Of a stretch of DNA of 64,000 nt, positions 54,304 to 63,510 are shown in pieces. Position 1 is the stretch's first letter. Each line of letters opens with the position of its first letter. The translations under genes and the position numbers were made by a program. The DNA is from Terriglobia bacterium (lineage in GTDB: Bacteria; Acidobacteriota; Terriglobia; 20CM-2-55-15): contig CBDCLE010000022.1 of assembly GCA_965218585.1 (NCBI GenBank), forward strand, positions 96,001 through 160,000. Direction: 5' to 3'. Under the pieces are notes generated by a model. That model was not told the origin of the DNA. It did not search any database and saw nothing but the letters and a program-made list of their open reading frames with translations.

Positions 54304-55839
54304 GGCTCTTGTCAAGAAAGTTGTGTTTGAGGAGGGGATCATAAGTCCTCCTCAAAGCGGGATTGGAACATGGCGTTGAGCTGATGAAGAGCGGAATGGA
54401 TGGAAGTGGCCGGAGATTTCCAACGGCCGTTGTGGAGGTGAGAGACGGCCAAGCCGAGTTTGAACTTGAGGGTGTCTTCGGAGTGAAAGTAGCCGCCCGA
54501 ATTGCGGCGCATAATTTCCAGTTGTCCGTTGACGGCCTCGACGAGGTTGGTGGTGGAAAACGATTTGCGCATGAGGTCGGGATACTTGAGGAAGGCGAGA
54601 TAGTGAGTCCGTTTCTTGCGGAGCCCCGCGATCCAGGAGGGATAGTGCTGGGCGAAGCGGTCACAGAGTTCCTCGAACCCTTGGTTGCCGACATCCTCAC
54701 ACCAGGAGGACTTGATGGCACGGAAGCGTTGCTGAAACTCGGCGGCGTCGGATTTGGAGAGATGGCTCTTAGCATTGCGCTGCATGTGGACGGTACAGAG
54801 CTGGATATCAGCATTGGGAAAGAAGCCTTCGCTGACCTTGAGAAGGCCGGAGAAATCGTCCTGGACGAAGATCATGACGCGTCGGAGACCGCGCTCGATC
54901 AGAGAGCGGAGAACCCCCTTCCAGTCTTCGAGATTCTCGCGGCCGGGTTTGGCAATGCAGGCCAGGACACGCTTCTTGCCGTCGCGGCCTAGACCCACCA
55001 CCAGGTAGATACAGGCCGGACGCAGCCGGTCGCCGTCGCGGAGTTCGACGTACTTGCCATCCACGAATAGGGCCAGCAGATCCGTGTCCAGTGGCCGGCT
55101 GTTGCCAAGATCGAGTTCTTCGATCAGGCCCGACGCCACCCGTTCCAGATCCTGTTGGGACCCGGACAGGCCCATCTTCTGAAGCGCCTCCCGGGCCGCA
55201 TTGACCGAACGGGATGAGGCCAGCAGTCCCAGCAAGATGGACTCGACTTCTTCAGGGTAGCCGCGCTGATACGGGGATGGTAGGTTCGCGGGACGGAAAT
55301 CCCCGTTACGGGTTCGAGGGACACGGATATCGATCGGAACGCTGCCCACTTGGAGGGAGCGATCGTAAAAACCATTGGGACGGTCGTCGGGGCGGTGTTC
55401 AAGATGCAGGTCCCGTTCGGCCACACTGAGGCCCGACAACAGGGTCCCCAGTACCTCGCGCAGGCTCAGATCGGCCAGCCCGGAGGCCAGCAGGGTCTGG
55501 ATCTGTGTTTTTGTGGATTCAGAAATCTGTTCTGATGGTACGCTTTCATTCGGATCTGTAGACATTGGGTTCAACTCCATAACTGAATAACTGATGACTC
55601 AGGTCTAGGGCTCCAGCGTGAACTGGAGCCCGCTTCAATTTCAGCGGGCGACGGGGGCTGTGGAAACTGCCGGGCCTATGGAAATCGGGGGAATCGGTCG
55701 CCTTCGGCGGCTTCTTCTTGATGATTTCCACAGGCCCTTGGAACACCTCCGGCGTCCGCACAGTTCCCACAGCCCGGACGACGAATCTATCATTCTCTCT
55801 CAACTGGAAATCACGAAACACAACTTTTACGTTACTCCC
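54304..55839 (-). mobile_element. IS256-family element B copy 2 (1536 bp), 8-bp duplication CTCCTTCG
   Basis: Same length and same protein as 44475-46010; duplication at 54296-54303 and 55840-55847. Confidence 0.93.
54339..55580 (-). CDS. IS256-family transposase B (second copy)
   Basis: Translation identical to 44734-45975. Confidence 0.92.
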   Translation of the reverse strand: MELNPMSTDPNESVPSEQISESTKTQIQTLLASGLADLSLREVLGTLLSGLSVAERDLHLEHRPDDRPNGFYDRSLQVGSVPIDIRVPRTRNGDFRPANLPSPYQRGYPEEVESILLGLLASSRSVNAAREALQKMGLSGSQQDLERVASGLIEELDLGNSRPLDTDLLALFVDGKYVELRDGDRLRPACIYLVVGLGRDGKKRVLACIAKPGRENLEDWKGVLRSLIERGLRRVMIFVQDDFSGLLKVSEGFFPNADIQLCTVHMQRNAKSHLSKSDAAEFQQRFRAIKSSWCEDVGNQGFEELCDRFAQHYPSWIAGLRKKRTHYLAFLKYPDLMRKSFSTTNLVEAVNGQLEIMRRNSGGYFHSEDTLKFKLGLAVSHLHNGRWKSPATSIHSALHQLNAMFQSRFEEDL

Positions 55840-58356
55840 CTCCTTCGTTTCAAAGTTGTTGGTTACCAACTTTTCGGAGATACCCTGGCCCCTTCCTATT
55901 TCAGGGCCTTTTTGCAGAAACTCTGAAACATAACCGGCCGGAACTTCGCTCTCGTTTATATCCGCACCTACCTTGCGGGGCTCTAGGTCGATGTTTGTCT
56001 TCTCCGTTGCCCGCCCTTTCGTCTGCGGGTGCCACACCATCTCGACCTTACCTTCCGCCCGGACAATACCAGGCCTCCCTGGGTCACTCGTGTCTCTTCT
56101 CCACCGTGTCGCCCGCACACACCTTGGTGCGATGGGGGGGAACCAATGTGCCTTCGCCCCCATAGTGCGGGCTCGACCATTCCCCATCTTTGGCCGACCG
56201 GTTCATCCTCGGGATCGCTCCCGTCGATTACGACCCGGTGGTTCTCCTCATGCCCTTCAGACCCCACCTCGCGGTGGGCGCCCTGCCCTCCAAAGTTTCC
56301 GTAGGTGGATCCAGCTCTGTCTTGGCCGTATCCGGCTTTCGCCTTCGTGCCCGTTTAGGCATTTGCATACCCGCCTACACTTCGGCCAGTGAGGCATTAC
56401 CCCCACTTATTGGATATCGACCCGTGGCCTCGGGCCGAGCGGGACTTTAACCCGCCGGAAACGCGTGCTGCCAGGCACGCACTACGAGATCCTCCGACTG
56501 AATGTTAACCTCGACTTCAGTCTCATCGATGAACCTCGAGCCACGGAGGCTGCCGTTGACCAGACCCTGGGCGCCGGGTTCAAATCCGGTACCTTCCACG
56601 AAAATGTTGAAAGTCAGGCGTCCGGCAACGACTTCGTCGGGTACGCCTCTTAAGCCGGTGATGACAGGAGACGGTTTGCCGACTGAAAACGTCGTGGCGA
56701 TCGACGAGACGATCGTATTGTCCGGTCCCGTGTTCTGGACCAACAGTTCACCCTCGCGAGCCAAAGTGAGCTGGTTTGCCTCGAGTCTTATACCCAGGGT
56801 GTTGGAGTCGACGAGGGTCGTTGGCAGCGGGGAACCTTCGAAAAATACCTGGCTCGTACTGATAAACGGGCCACCGGTTATGGCGACATCGATTCCGTCG
56901 GATCCGACCAGGACTCCAGGGGGTGTCACCGTCTCGATTACAGGGACGATCAACGTTCCTTCGAAATCGTTGTTCCGACTGTTGGAATCCGTGATCGTGA
57001 TGCCGATGATGGGTGGAGACAGCGCGAACCCGGTTGCCCCCGCGGTCAATGTATAGCTTCCCGCCGGAATGTCCTGGAATGCGAAAGTTCCTGATGAGTC
57101 GGCCACCAGCACGCCGGATACTGGACCTGATAGCAATACCGAGGCTCCGGGAATCGCTGCCCCTCCAGAGCGAATGCTTCCGACAGCAAGGAACTCCTCC
57201 TGCGCGGGAATCTGGATGCCCGGGGGGCATCGGTGAAGGGCAGGTTTCTCAGCGTCGTCCCAATATTGCTGCCAGTAATTGCCGCAGTCACGATGGGCGT
57301 CTCCGTCTGGACGACGACAAAGCCGCTCCCTTCGATCTCAGGTAGCAACTCGGACAGATTTTGAATCCGTTGCTGATACGGAGGCACCGTGAACTGCACT
57401 TGCGAAATGCGTGCTCCGTCGGCTCTGAGGACAGACAGCAGAATATCCGCATTGAAACCGTGAGGGTTCACCAGCGCGATTCCGTCGAAGAACTCACGGT
57501 CGATCTCTTCAGTATTGAACACGAAAGCATTCTTGCCCTGGATTTGACTTCCGTTCACGATCGCCAGGCTTGTTCCCAGGGTTGTTCCCAGCGCTACAAC
57601 CGCATCCAGAGCCCCGGAACCCTCCACAACGATCGAACCCATGGCGACAGCGGTCTCGTCGAACCCGAACAGGTCCCCCACGTTTTCCCGGTGAGAGGCT
57701 CCCGCACCCAGGGAGATCGAGGCCGGGTTGTTGGTGCCGGCTATCAACTGGCTGCCTTGGGACAGTGCCCGCACCGTGACAGACTGCGTGGAGTCAGCCG
57801 TATTGATTACCTGCAGGAGGGAAAAGAATCCGGCACCGTCAACGAACAATGGCAGCCGGATCGTCGCTGTCCGCGTGGCTTCTGAGCTGCCCCGGCTTAT
57901 GGCCTCATCCGTTCGTGTCGTGACGTCCTCGTTAAGGTCCCCGTATTCCTTGATCAACGCTGAGGCTACAACCTCCCGTCTCACCTGAAAGACATTGGTG
58001 GCTGCCCGGACGAGCAGGTGCGATGTCTCGTTTGGGGGTGCGAGGGCGGTTCCCAGCAGGGCCGCCACGTCTCCATGGAAGTTGCCGTGTGGAGGCAGGG
58101 CGATCTCGCCCGAACCGAGTGCCAGGCCGTTGGGAGCGACCGCGATCACGAATACGCGTGCTTCGTTTCGTCCGGGATTGAAAACGTCGAGAAATGTCTT
58201 GCCGCGCGTGCCGTGTGCGAACGGCACAACAATACGGGCTCCCGGGTCGCCGGGCCCGGCCACTTGTTCAATCTTGCCTGCTGGTCCTAACGCTGCTGTG
58301 ACTTGGAGGGGCGTTGCGCTGCTGACAGTCACCGAACCTGTGGTTGCCGCACCTAG

Positions 58357-60093
58357 CCCGCATGTTTCACCAGTCCGGCGATCAGGGGGATTTGGGCAGT
58401 AAGAATCGGATTCGGGAGGATCTGGGTTCGAATTGGGCATGTGTGGCGTGACTCGGCGGTGTCGACAAGCGGGAGTTGCTGCGTTTTCGGGTTCAGAAGA
58501 GGGTGACGAAACGCACTGAGACAAACCTCGGCGGAGCCGAAAAGAACGAGTCGATTTTGGCGCAGGGGATCGGGTCGGTTCTCAGCAGCGCAGAGGAAGC
58601 GCCTGCAGGTTTCGATGGACGAGGGCAAAGACCTCGGCGTAGGGATAGGCTTCCGACATGGAGATCCAGATGTTGCGAACCGTCAGACGGACTTGAGCTC
58701 CGATCTTGAGGAGCTTCAAGCGGATCGTCTGGCACTGAGCGCGGGCCAGATCGGTATTCTTCAGTCCCAGACGGCGTAACGCGTGCAGGAGCATGTAGGC
58801 GGCCGAGGACAGATAGAGCCGGAGTTGATTGGCGCGCATGGTTGCCGCGCTGGTCCGGTCGGCGAATAGATCCAACTGCTGTTCCTTGATGCGATTTTCC
58901 ATGTCGCCCCGCGCACAGTAAAAGTCTTCATAGAGGGCGCGGGCGTCCAGGCGTTCCGGCGACAGTGAGGTCACAACGAATCGAGGATTGGCGCCTTTCT
59001 CCAGGAACTCGGCCTTGCCGATGACGCGTCGGGTGCAGGTCCAGCTCTTCCGAGTGCGATACCGGAAATCGTTAAACACCCGCGCCGGTTTCCCGGTGTC
59101 GTTAAACTCGGCTTCGGCCTGACTCATCGATTCAGCGATCTCGCGCTTGAGCCGATCGTTCTTGGCCAGACCCACCACGTAATCGACCTGGTGGGCCTCG
59201 CACCAACTCAGCAATTCATCCCGGCAAAAGCCCGAGTCGGCCCGGATGATAATCGACACCTCCGGCCAGCTCTGCCGGATCTGGCCGATGATGCGGTTCA
59301 ATTCCTCGACGGCGCCGTCCGCACCGTCGACATTGGAGCACCGCAACCGGGCGCATAGCAGATGCTCTCCCGAAAAGATGTAGAGCGGCAGATAACAGTA
59401 GTTGCCGTAGTAGCCGTGAAAGAACCGTCCTTCCTGATGGCCATGGATCGGATCATCGGTCGCATCCAGGTCCAGAACAATCTCCTCGGGCGCCGATCCG
59501 TGAGCCGCCACAAATGCATCCACCATCCAGCGGTCGATCTTGTCCGGGTCCATGGCCATCTTCTTGTACCGCTCCTTCCCATCGACTTGCTCCCCGGTCA
59601 GTTCCAACCGGTTCAGCGTACACTTGCCCGCCAACGCTTTTCCCCGGTCTCGGGCCTGCCGCCGCTTCTCCCCCAGTGGATCGGCCTTATCCACCGCCAC
59701 GGCCAGCATCGGATCGGTCCGCAGTTGGTCATGATCGTTCAGATCCTCGTAGCCCAGACAGAGTCCGTAGACGCGCTGCCCCAATAACTCGCTCACCGTG
59801 TGTTCGATCAACCTCGCGTCCCGGTAATCCCTGAAACACTCGGCCAGTCCGGCGATCAGACCCGTTCGCTTTTCCACTTCCCTCAACAGCAGAACCCCAG
59901 CGTCGGAGGTGATCTTTCCGCCGTCAAAACGCGCCTTCACTTTTCGTTGAAGAAGTCCGTGAAATTCGAACGTCGTTTGGTTACACTCTGTTCTCATAAG
60001 GGCCGTCTCCGTTTGGCTTGTTAAACGTTTATTTCAAAACGCTTTATGCCAGACAGGGCGGCCTTTTCTGGTCCTATTGGTGAAATATGCGGG
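58357..60093 (-). mobile_element. IS1380-family element (1737 bp), 4-bp duplication CTAG
   Basis: 16-bp IRs CCCGCAT(G/A)TTTCACCA; CTAG at 58353-58356 and 60094-60097. Confidence 0.93.
58582..59997 (-). CDS. IS1380-family transposase
   Basis: FDGGKITSDAG, GYEDLNDHD, LDLDATDD, RADSGF and RGDMENRIKE motifs. Confidence 0.94.
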   Translation of the reverse strand: MRTECNQTTFEFHGLLQRKVKARFDGGKITSDAGVLLLREVEKRTGLIAGLAECFRDYRDARLIEHTVSELLGQRVYGLCLGYEDLNDHDQLRTDPMLAVAVDKADPLGEKRRQARDRGKALAGKCTLNRLELTGEQVDGKERYKKMAMDPDKIDRWMVDAFVAAHGSAPEEIVLDLDATDDPIHGHQEGRFFHGYYGNYCYLPLYIFSGEHLLCARLRCSNVDGADGAVEELNRIIGQIRQSWPEVSIIIRADSGFCRDELLSWCEAHQVDYVVGLAKNDRLKREIAESMSQAEAEFNDTGKPARVFNDFRYRTRKSWTCTRRVIGKAEFLEKGANPRFVVTSLSPERLDARALYEDFYCARGDMENRIKEQQLDLFADRTSAATMRANQLRLYLSSAAYMLLHALRRLGLKNTDLARAQCQTIRLKLLKIGAQVRLTVRNIWISMSEAYPYAEVFALVHRNLQALPLRC

Positions 60094-60530
60094 CTAGGTC
60101 CGTAGCCGAGAACCGACTCTGGGTCCGGGGGAGAACCGTTTCGAAACGAACCGTGGCCACACCCTCTTCAGTGAAAAACTGGATCTGTGCTTCGGCTACC
60201 GTCTGTCCGGTATTGACAATAGTGATTTCAGAGCCTGTTTCGCCCGTAAAGCGAGGGAAGTGATAGGCAAACGCCGCTTCTGTGTCCTGTGCCAGGGCGG
60301 CCCCCTGGAGGGTCAGAAGGACGCATACCGACAATGCCAGAATTCGCATACGCATGAGCGAAACCTTTGCCGCCAATCCCCCGGCCGGTCCCGTCGAAGA
60401 GACGGAATCCATTCAACCTGCTGAAAAGGCGGGCTAAAACATTAGCTGAGGGACCCCCTTGAGTCAAGGGAGATGCGCATTTTTTGCGCGTAGAGGGAAG
60501 AAGGCGGTTACACGGATGGACAAATCCTGT

Positions 60531-61133
60531 CTATCTGACGCGGAACACGATGTCGTCACCACCCACGGCGATCTCGGGTTGTCCGGAGCCGATGTTCTGA
60601 GTGAATTCTGTTTCGATGTCGCCGTTTGGGCCAGCGGAAATGATCATGCCTGCCCGATTGACGCCGAAGGCGAGGCTTCCTCCGTTTACAAGATACGCGT
60701 TACCCCAGGGGTCTTCCCCGAGTTCCTGAACATAGGGGCCGCGCCAGGCAAACCTGCCGCTCGTGCCGTAACCAGGGTCGTTCCGGTCGAGTATGTCGCC
60801 CAAGTCGCCCTCAGTTCCCGTCAGCCAGCCCGAGGACGTGGAGTCTGAAGGTTTCGTCCCGGGACCGGCCAGAACGTCAAATATGGAAGACGAGGTCGTG
60901 ATGCTGACGCCGGACTGAAAAATGGGCCATTTACCCGTGGACTGATTGAAGTTACGGATCCCCCGGCCTATGTTCTGGACTTCCAACTCGCCCCGGGTTA
61001 TCCGGGCTTCGTTGATCAGGTTGGTCAGCATGGGTGTCAGGACCGCCGCGAGGACAGCGATGACAACCATAACGACGATCAATTCCAGGAGCGTAAACCC
61101 TGCTTTCATCGAATGTTGGTTTGAGACACGCAT
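60531..61133 (-). CDS. GspG-like type IV pilin/pseudopilin
   Basis: Canonical KAG|FTLLE leader; WRGPY, DPWG, SAGPN and GGDDIVFRVR. Confidence 0.85.
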   Translation of the reverse strand: MRVSNQHSMKAGFTLLELIVVMVVIAVLAAVLTPMLTNLINEARITRGELEVQNIGRGIRNFNQSTGKWPIFQSGVSITTSSSIFDVLAGPGTKPSDSTSSGWLTGTEGDLGDILDRNDPGYGTSGRFAWRGPYVQELGEDPWGNAYLVNGGSLAFGVNRAGMIISAGPNGDIETEFTQNIGSGQPEIAVGGDDIVFRVR

Positions 61134-61138
61134 CGTTT

Positions 61139-62326
61139 CTATGGCACCGTAAAAGTATTGGACGAGCCGTCGCTGAAGGTGATTGTAAATGTGATACCGC
61201 TCACCGAAACGTTGCTGGACGCACCTGTCTGCGCGTCCTCGAAATCTCTGATCTCAACGACAACGGACTTACCCACGCCTGAGATTTCAAGGTCGGGCGT
61301 GACCGTCGTTTCCTGTTCCACCCGGATCGGGACAACCTGATTGGGCTTGCCCGATCCGTCCACGGTTTCTGCGGAAGAAAAAGTGACGGTCTCTCCGGAA
61401 CCCAGGCGTGTACCTCCGTTGTCGGTGTTGTAGTTCCAGACCGCGGAGTTGCCAAAACGTACTTGTTCAAAGTATGAGACCGGTGACGTTGTGTAGGTAG
61501 CGGTCATTGAGGTGATGCTCAACTCATCCGAGTCGAAGTTCGTGACCGTGAATTTCAGTCGCGTCCCCTGTAGCTTGGCCGATCCGTCCTCGTACGTCAG
61601 TCGGGGATCGATGGAAATGCTCCGGAATCCGAACGACACGTCGGAAAAAGAAAAGTCCCCGTTCGCGTCTGTGACGGCGAACACCTGATCCACGGCTCCG
61701 TCGACGGGCGTATTGAGAGTCACCGAGGCGAAGGGGACCGTCTGGTTGTTCCGCATCAGTGTTCCCGTGACCTGGGAAAAGATCTCGGCTTTCAAGATGT
61801 CGATCGACAGGTCGTCACCGCCCCCCGTATCACCGTCGGCACCCAGACTGGTGATCCGGGCCGCCACCAGGGCCCCATCCTCTCCCGGATCGTTTCGGTT
61901 GAATTCGGTAGATGTGTACACAAACGGATTGCCGAATGGATCCGAATCGAGCGCCGCCAGGTCTTCCACGAACGGGTCAGGAGCATACGGGCCAATCCAG
62001 CCGGCACCCACCAGGTTCGTCGTGTCGAACCCGTAAACGGGCTGACTGCTTCTGATCCACAGGTCTGCGAGCGCGGACGGGACATCGCCCATGCTGCCGA
62101 CAAACCCGAAGTCGGCTCGGCCGCCTTCGTTAACGAGACCGGCGTTGCCTGCGATTGCGGTTTTCAGGGTTTCCAGGTCTTGACGGGTGTCCAGGCTCCT
62201 TGCCGCAGTCGTGACCTGGTCGACGACCGGAGCCGAGACGGCTATCAGAACGGCAGCTGTCCCGATCAGGATGATGGCAGAGAGAATGCCGATGCCTCTC
62301 GAATGACGTGGGTTCTTTCTCCTCAT
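61139..62326 (-). CDS. Large minor pilin-like protein lacking Glu5, with carboxypeptidase-regulatory-like and C-terminal beta domains
   Basis: SRG|IGILSAIILI leader; GFVGSMG, GWIGPY, DPFG, TDANGDFSF and FSDGS. Confidence 0.72.
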   Translation of the reverse strand: MRRKNPRHSRGIGILSAIILIGTAAVLIAVSAPVVDQVTTAARSLDTRQDLETLKTAIAGNAGLVNEGGRADFGFVGSMGDVPSALADLWIRSSQPVYGFDTTNLVGAGWIGPYAPDPFVEDLAALDSDPFGNPFVYTSTEFNRNDPGEDGALVAARITSLGADGDTGGGDDLSIDILKAEIFSQVTGTLMRNNQTVPFASVTLNTPVDGAVDQVFAVTDANGDFSFSDVSFGFRSISIDPRLTYEDGSAKLQGTRLKFTVTNFDSDELSITSMTATYTTSPVSYFEQVRFGNSAVWNYNTDNGGTRLGSGETVTFSSAETVDGSGKPNQVVPIRVEQETTVTPDLEISGVGKSVVVEIRDFEDAQTGASSNVSVSGITFTITFSDGSSNTFTVP

Positions 62327-63510
62327 GGCATTTGCTTTGTAGTGAAAAGTGTTGTCGACCCGTCGCTGAACTCAATCTCGAATGTGATCCCCGTCATATC
62401 CACGGGTCCCGCCCCGCCCCCGGTCGCTGCGTCGCTGAACTCGTCGACGTGGATCTCGAGCGTCCCCCCTGTGCCCACGGAGTTAATGGTGATCTCGGGT
62501 ACCTGGAAGGACAGGGAGGAAACCACGACGTGCGTGGGCTCCTGAGTCACTCCCGTCCCCGCAACGAGCTCGGACGAGAACGTGATCACGTCACCGGATC
62601 CCCCTCTCGGGGTCGTGCTATTGAACACCTGGCTGCCGTTGATTGTGACCTGCTCAAAATAAGCTTGGGGGCTTGAGGAGTACGTCAACGTAAGGGAAGT
62701 GACGGTCGCGTCCTCTTCCCCGATGTTTTCTATGAAGAACTCAATATCGTCCAGGGCATTGCCGTCCGAAAAGGCCGTATCTGCTTGATAGGACAAGGTC
62801 GGGTCGAGTTCGATGACACGTTCTCCATGCGGTATGGTGCCGAATGTGTAAAAACCGTCAGCGTCCGTTGTTGTCATGTCTGTCGTAATCGAACCGGCGC
62901 TCGGATAAGAAATCGTGACGTCGACACCAGGTATTGTCATCCCGCTGGGAGCCCGAATATATCCGAACAGGTCGGATGAAGCTTCGCCCTCGTATATTTC
63001 GATGACCTCGTCGTCCGACGTGTCCGAGGCGCTGTCGGGACCAATCGATCGGATCGTTGCGATAACCGTGGATCCTGTCGATGCGCTCGTCGTCTGGCTG
63101 GTGTCTAGTTCGAGGGGGTTTCCCCATGGATCTTCGAGAAAGTCGAAAGGATCGGTCGCGATGTAGGGTCCCCGCCAACCCGATCCGAGTTCGATGATAG
63201 CGGTGACGGCGTAAGCCGCCTGCGTGTCGATCTCGACCAGATCGGCGAGAGCCGCGGGGAAGTTTCCCATGTCACCAAAGTATCCAAAGCGATTGACGTT
63301 GGTCTGGCCGCTGCGAACGCGCAAGGGTTCGCCGATCAAGGCCCGCTTTACACGCTGGATCTGTTCCTTGGCCTGAGTCGATCGGTTTTCCTCCATCGTC
63401 ATGGGAACGGCAAACCCGAAACTGAATGTCAGGACGGCGATGACAGCCAGTGACAGGGACACTTCGAGCAAGCTGACTCCACGCTGATGTTTGGTAGGGT
63501 TCGGTCTCAT
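62323..63510 (-). CDS. Large minor pilin-like protein, paralog of 61139-62326
   Basis: QRG|VSLLE leader; GYFGDMG, GWRGPY, DPWG, TDADGFYTF and FSDGS. Confidence 0.78.
   Translation of the reverse strand: MRPNPTKHQRGVSLLEVSLSLAVIAVLTFSFGFAVPMTMEENRSTQAKEQIQRVKRALIGEPLRVRSGQTNVNRFGYFGDMGNFPAALADLVEIDTQAAYAVTAIIELGSGWRGPYIATDPFDFLEDPWGNPLELDTSQTTSASTGSTVIATIRSIGPDSASDTSDDEVIEIYEGEASSDLFGYIRAPSGMTIPGVDVTISYPSAGSITTDMTTTDADGFYTFGTIPHGERVIELDPTLSYQADTAFSDGNALDDIEFFIENIGEEDATVTSLTLTYSSSPQAYFEQVTINGSQVFNSTTPRGGSGDVITFSSELVAGTGVTQEPTHVVVSSLSFQVPEITINSVGTGGTLEIHVDEFSDAATGGGAGPVDMTGITFEIEFSDGSTTLFTTKQMP

Larger units (their letters stand above)
52765..55935 (-). mobile_element. IS256-family element C (contains element B copy 2), 8-bp duplication GGCCGGAA
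   Basis: IR core TTCTGCAAAA; duplication at 52757-52764 and 55936-55943; the empty site is visible in intron copy 1 near 44037-44044. Confidence 0.92.
51505..56483 (-). mobile_element. Group II intron copy 2, carrying nested IS256 C and B and a 354-bp RT deletion
   Basis: Same ends and RNA domains as copy 1 with only a few SNPs; net length 1800 + 354 = 2154. Confidence 0.93.
50526..60355 (-). pseudogene. Large secreted IPT/TIG plus carboxypeptidase-regulatory-like domain protein (about 1035 aa reconstructed), broken by IS1380, a frameshift and the nested intron
   Basis: Signal peptide MRMRILAL...ALAQ; segments 60355-60094, 58352-56484 (1-bp deletion in the G6 run at 57222-57227) and 51504-50526 join into one protein with P.I..L.P / G.NF / V.NP Ig-like repeats. 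Confidence 0.8.
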
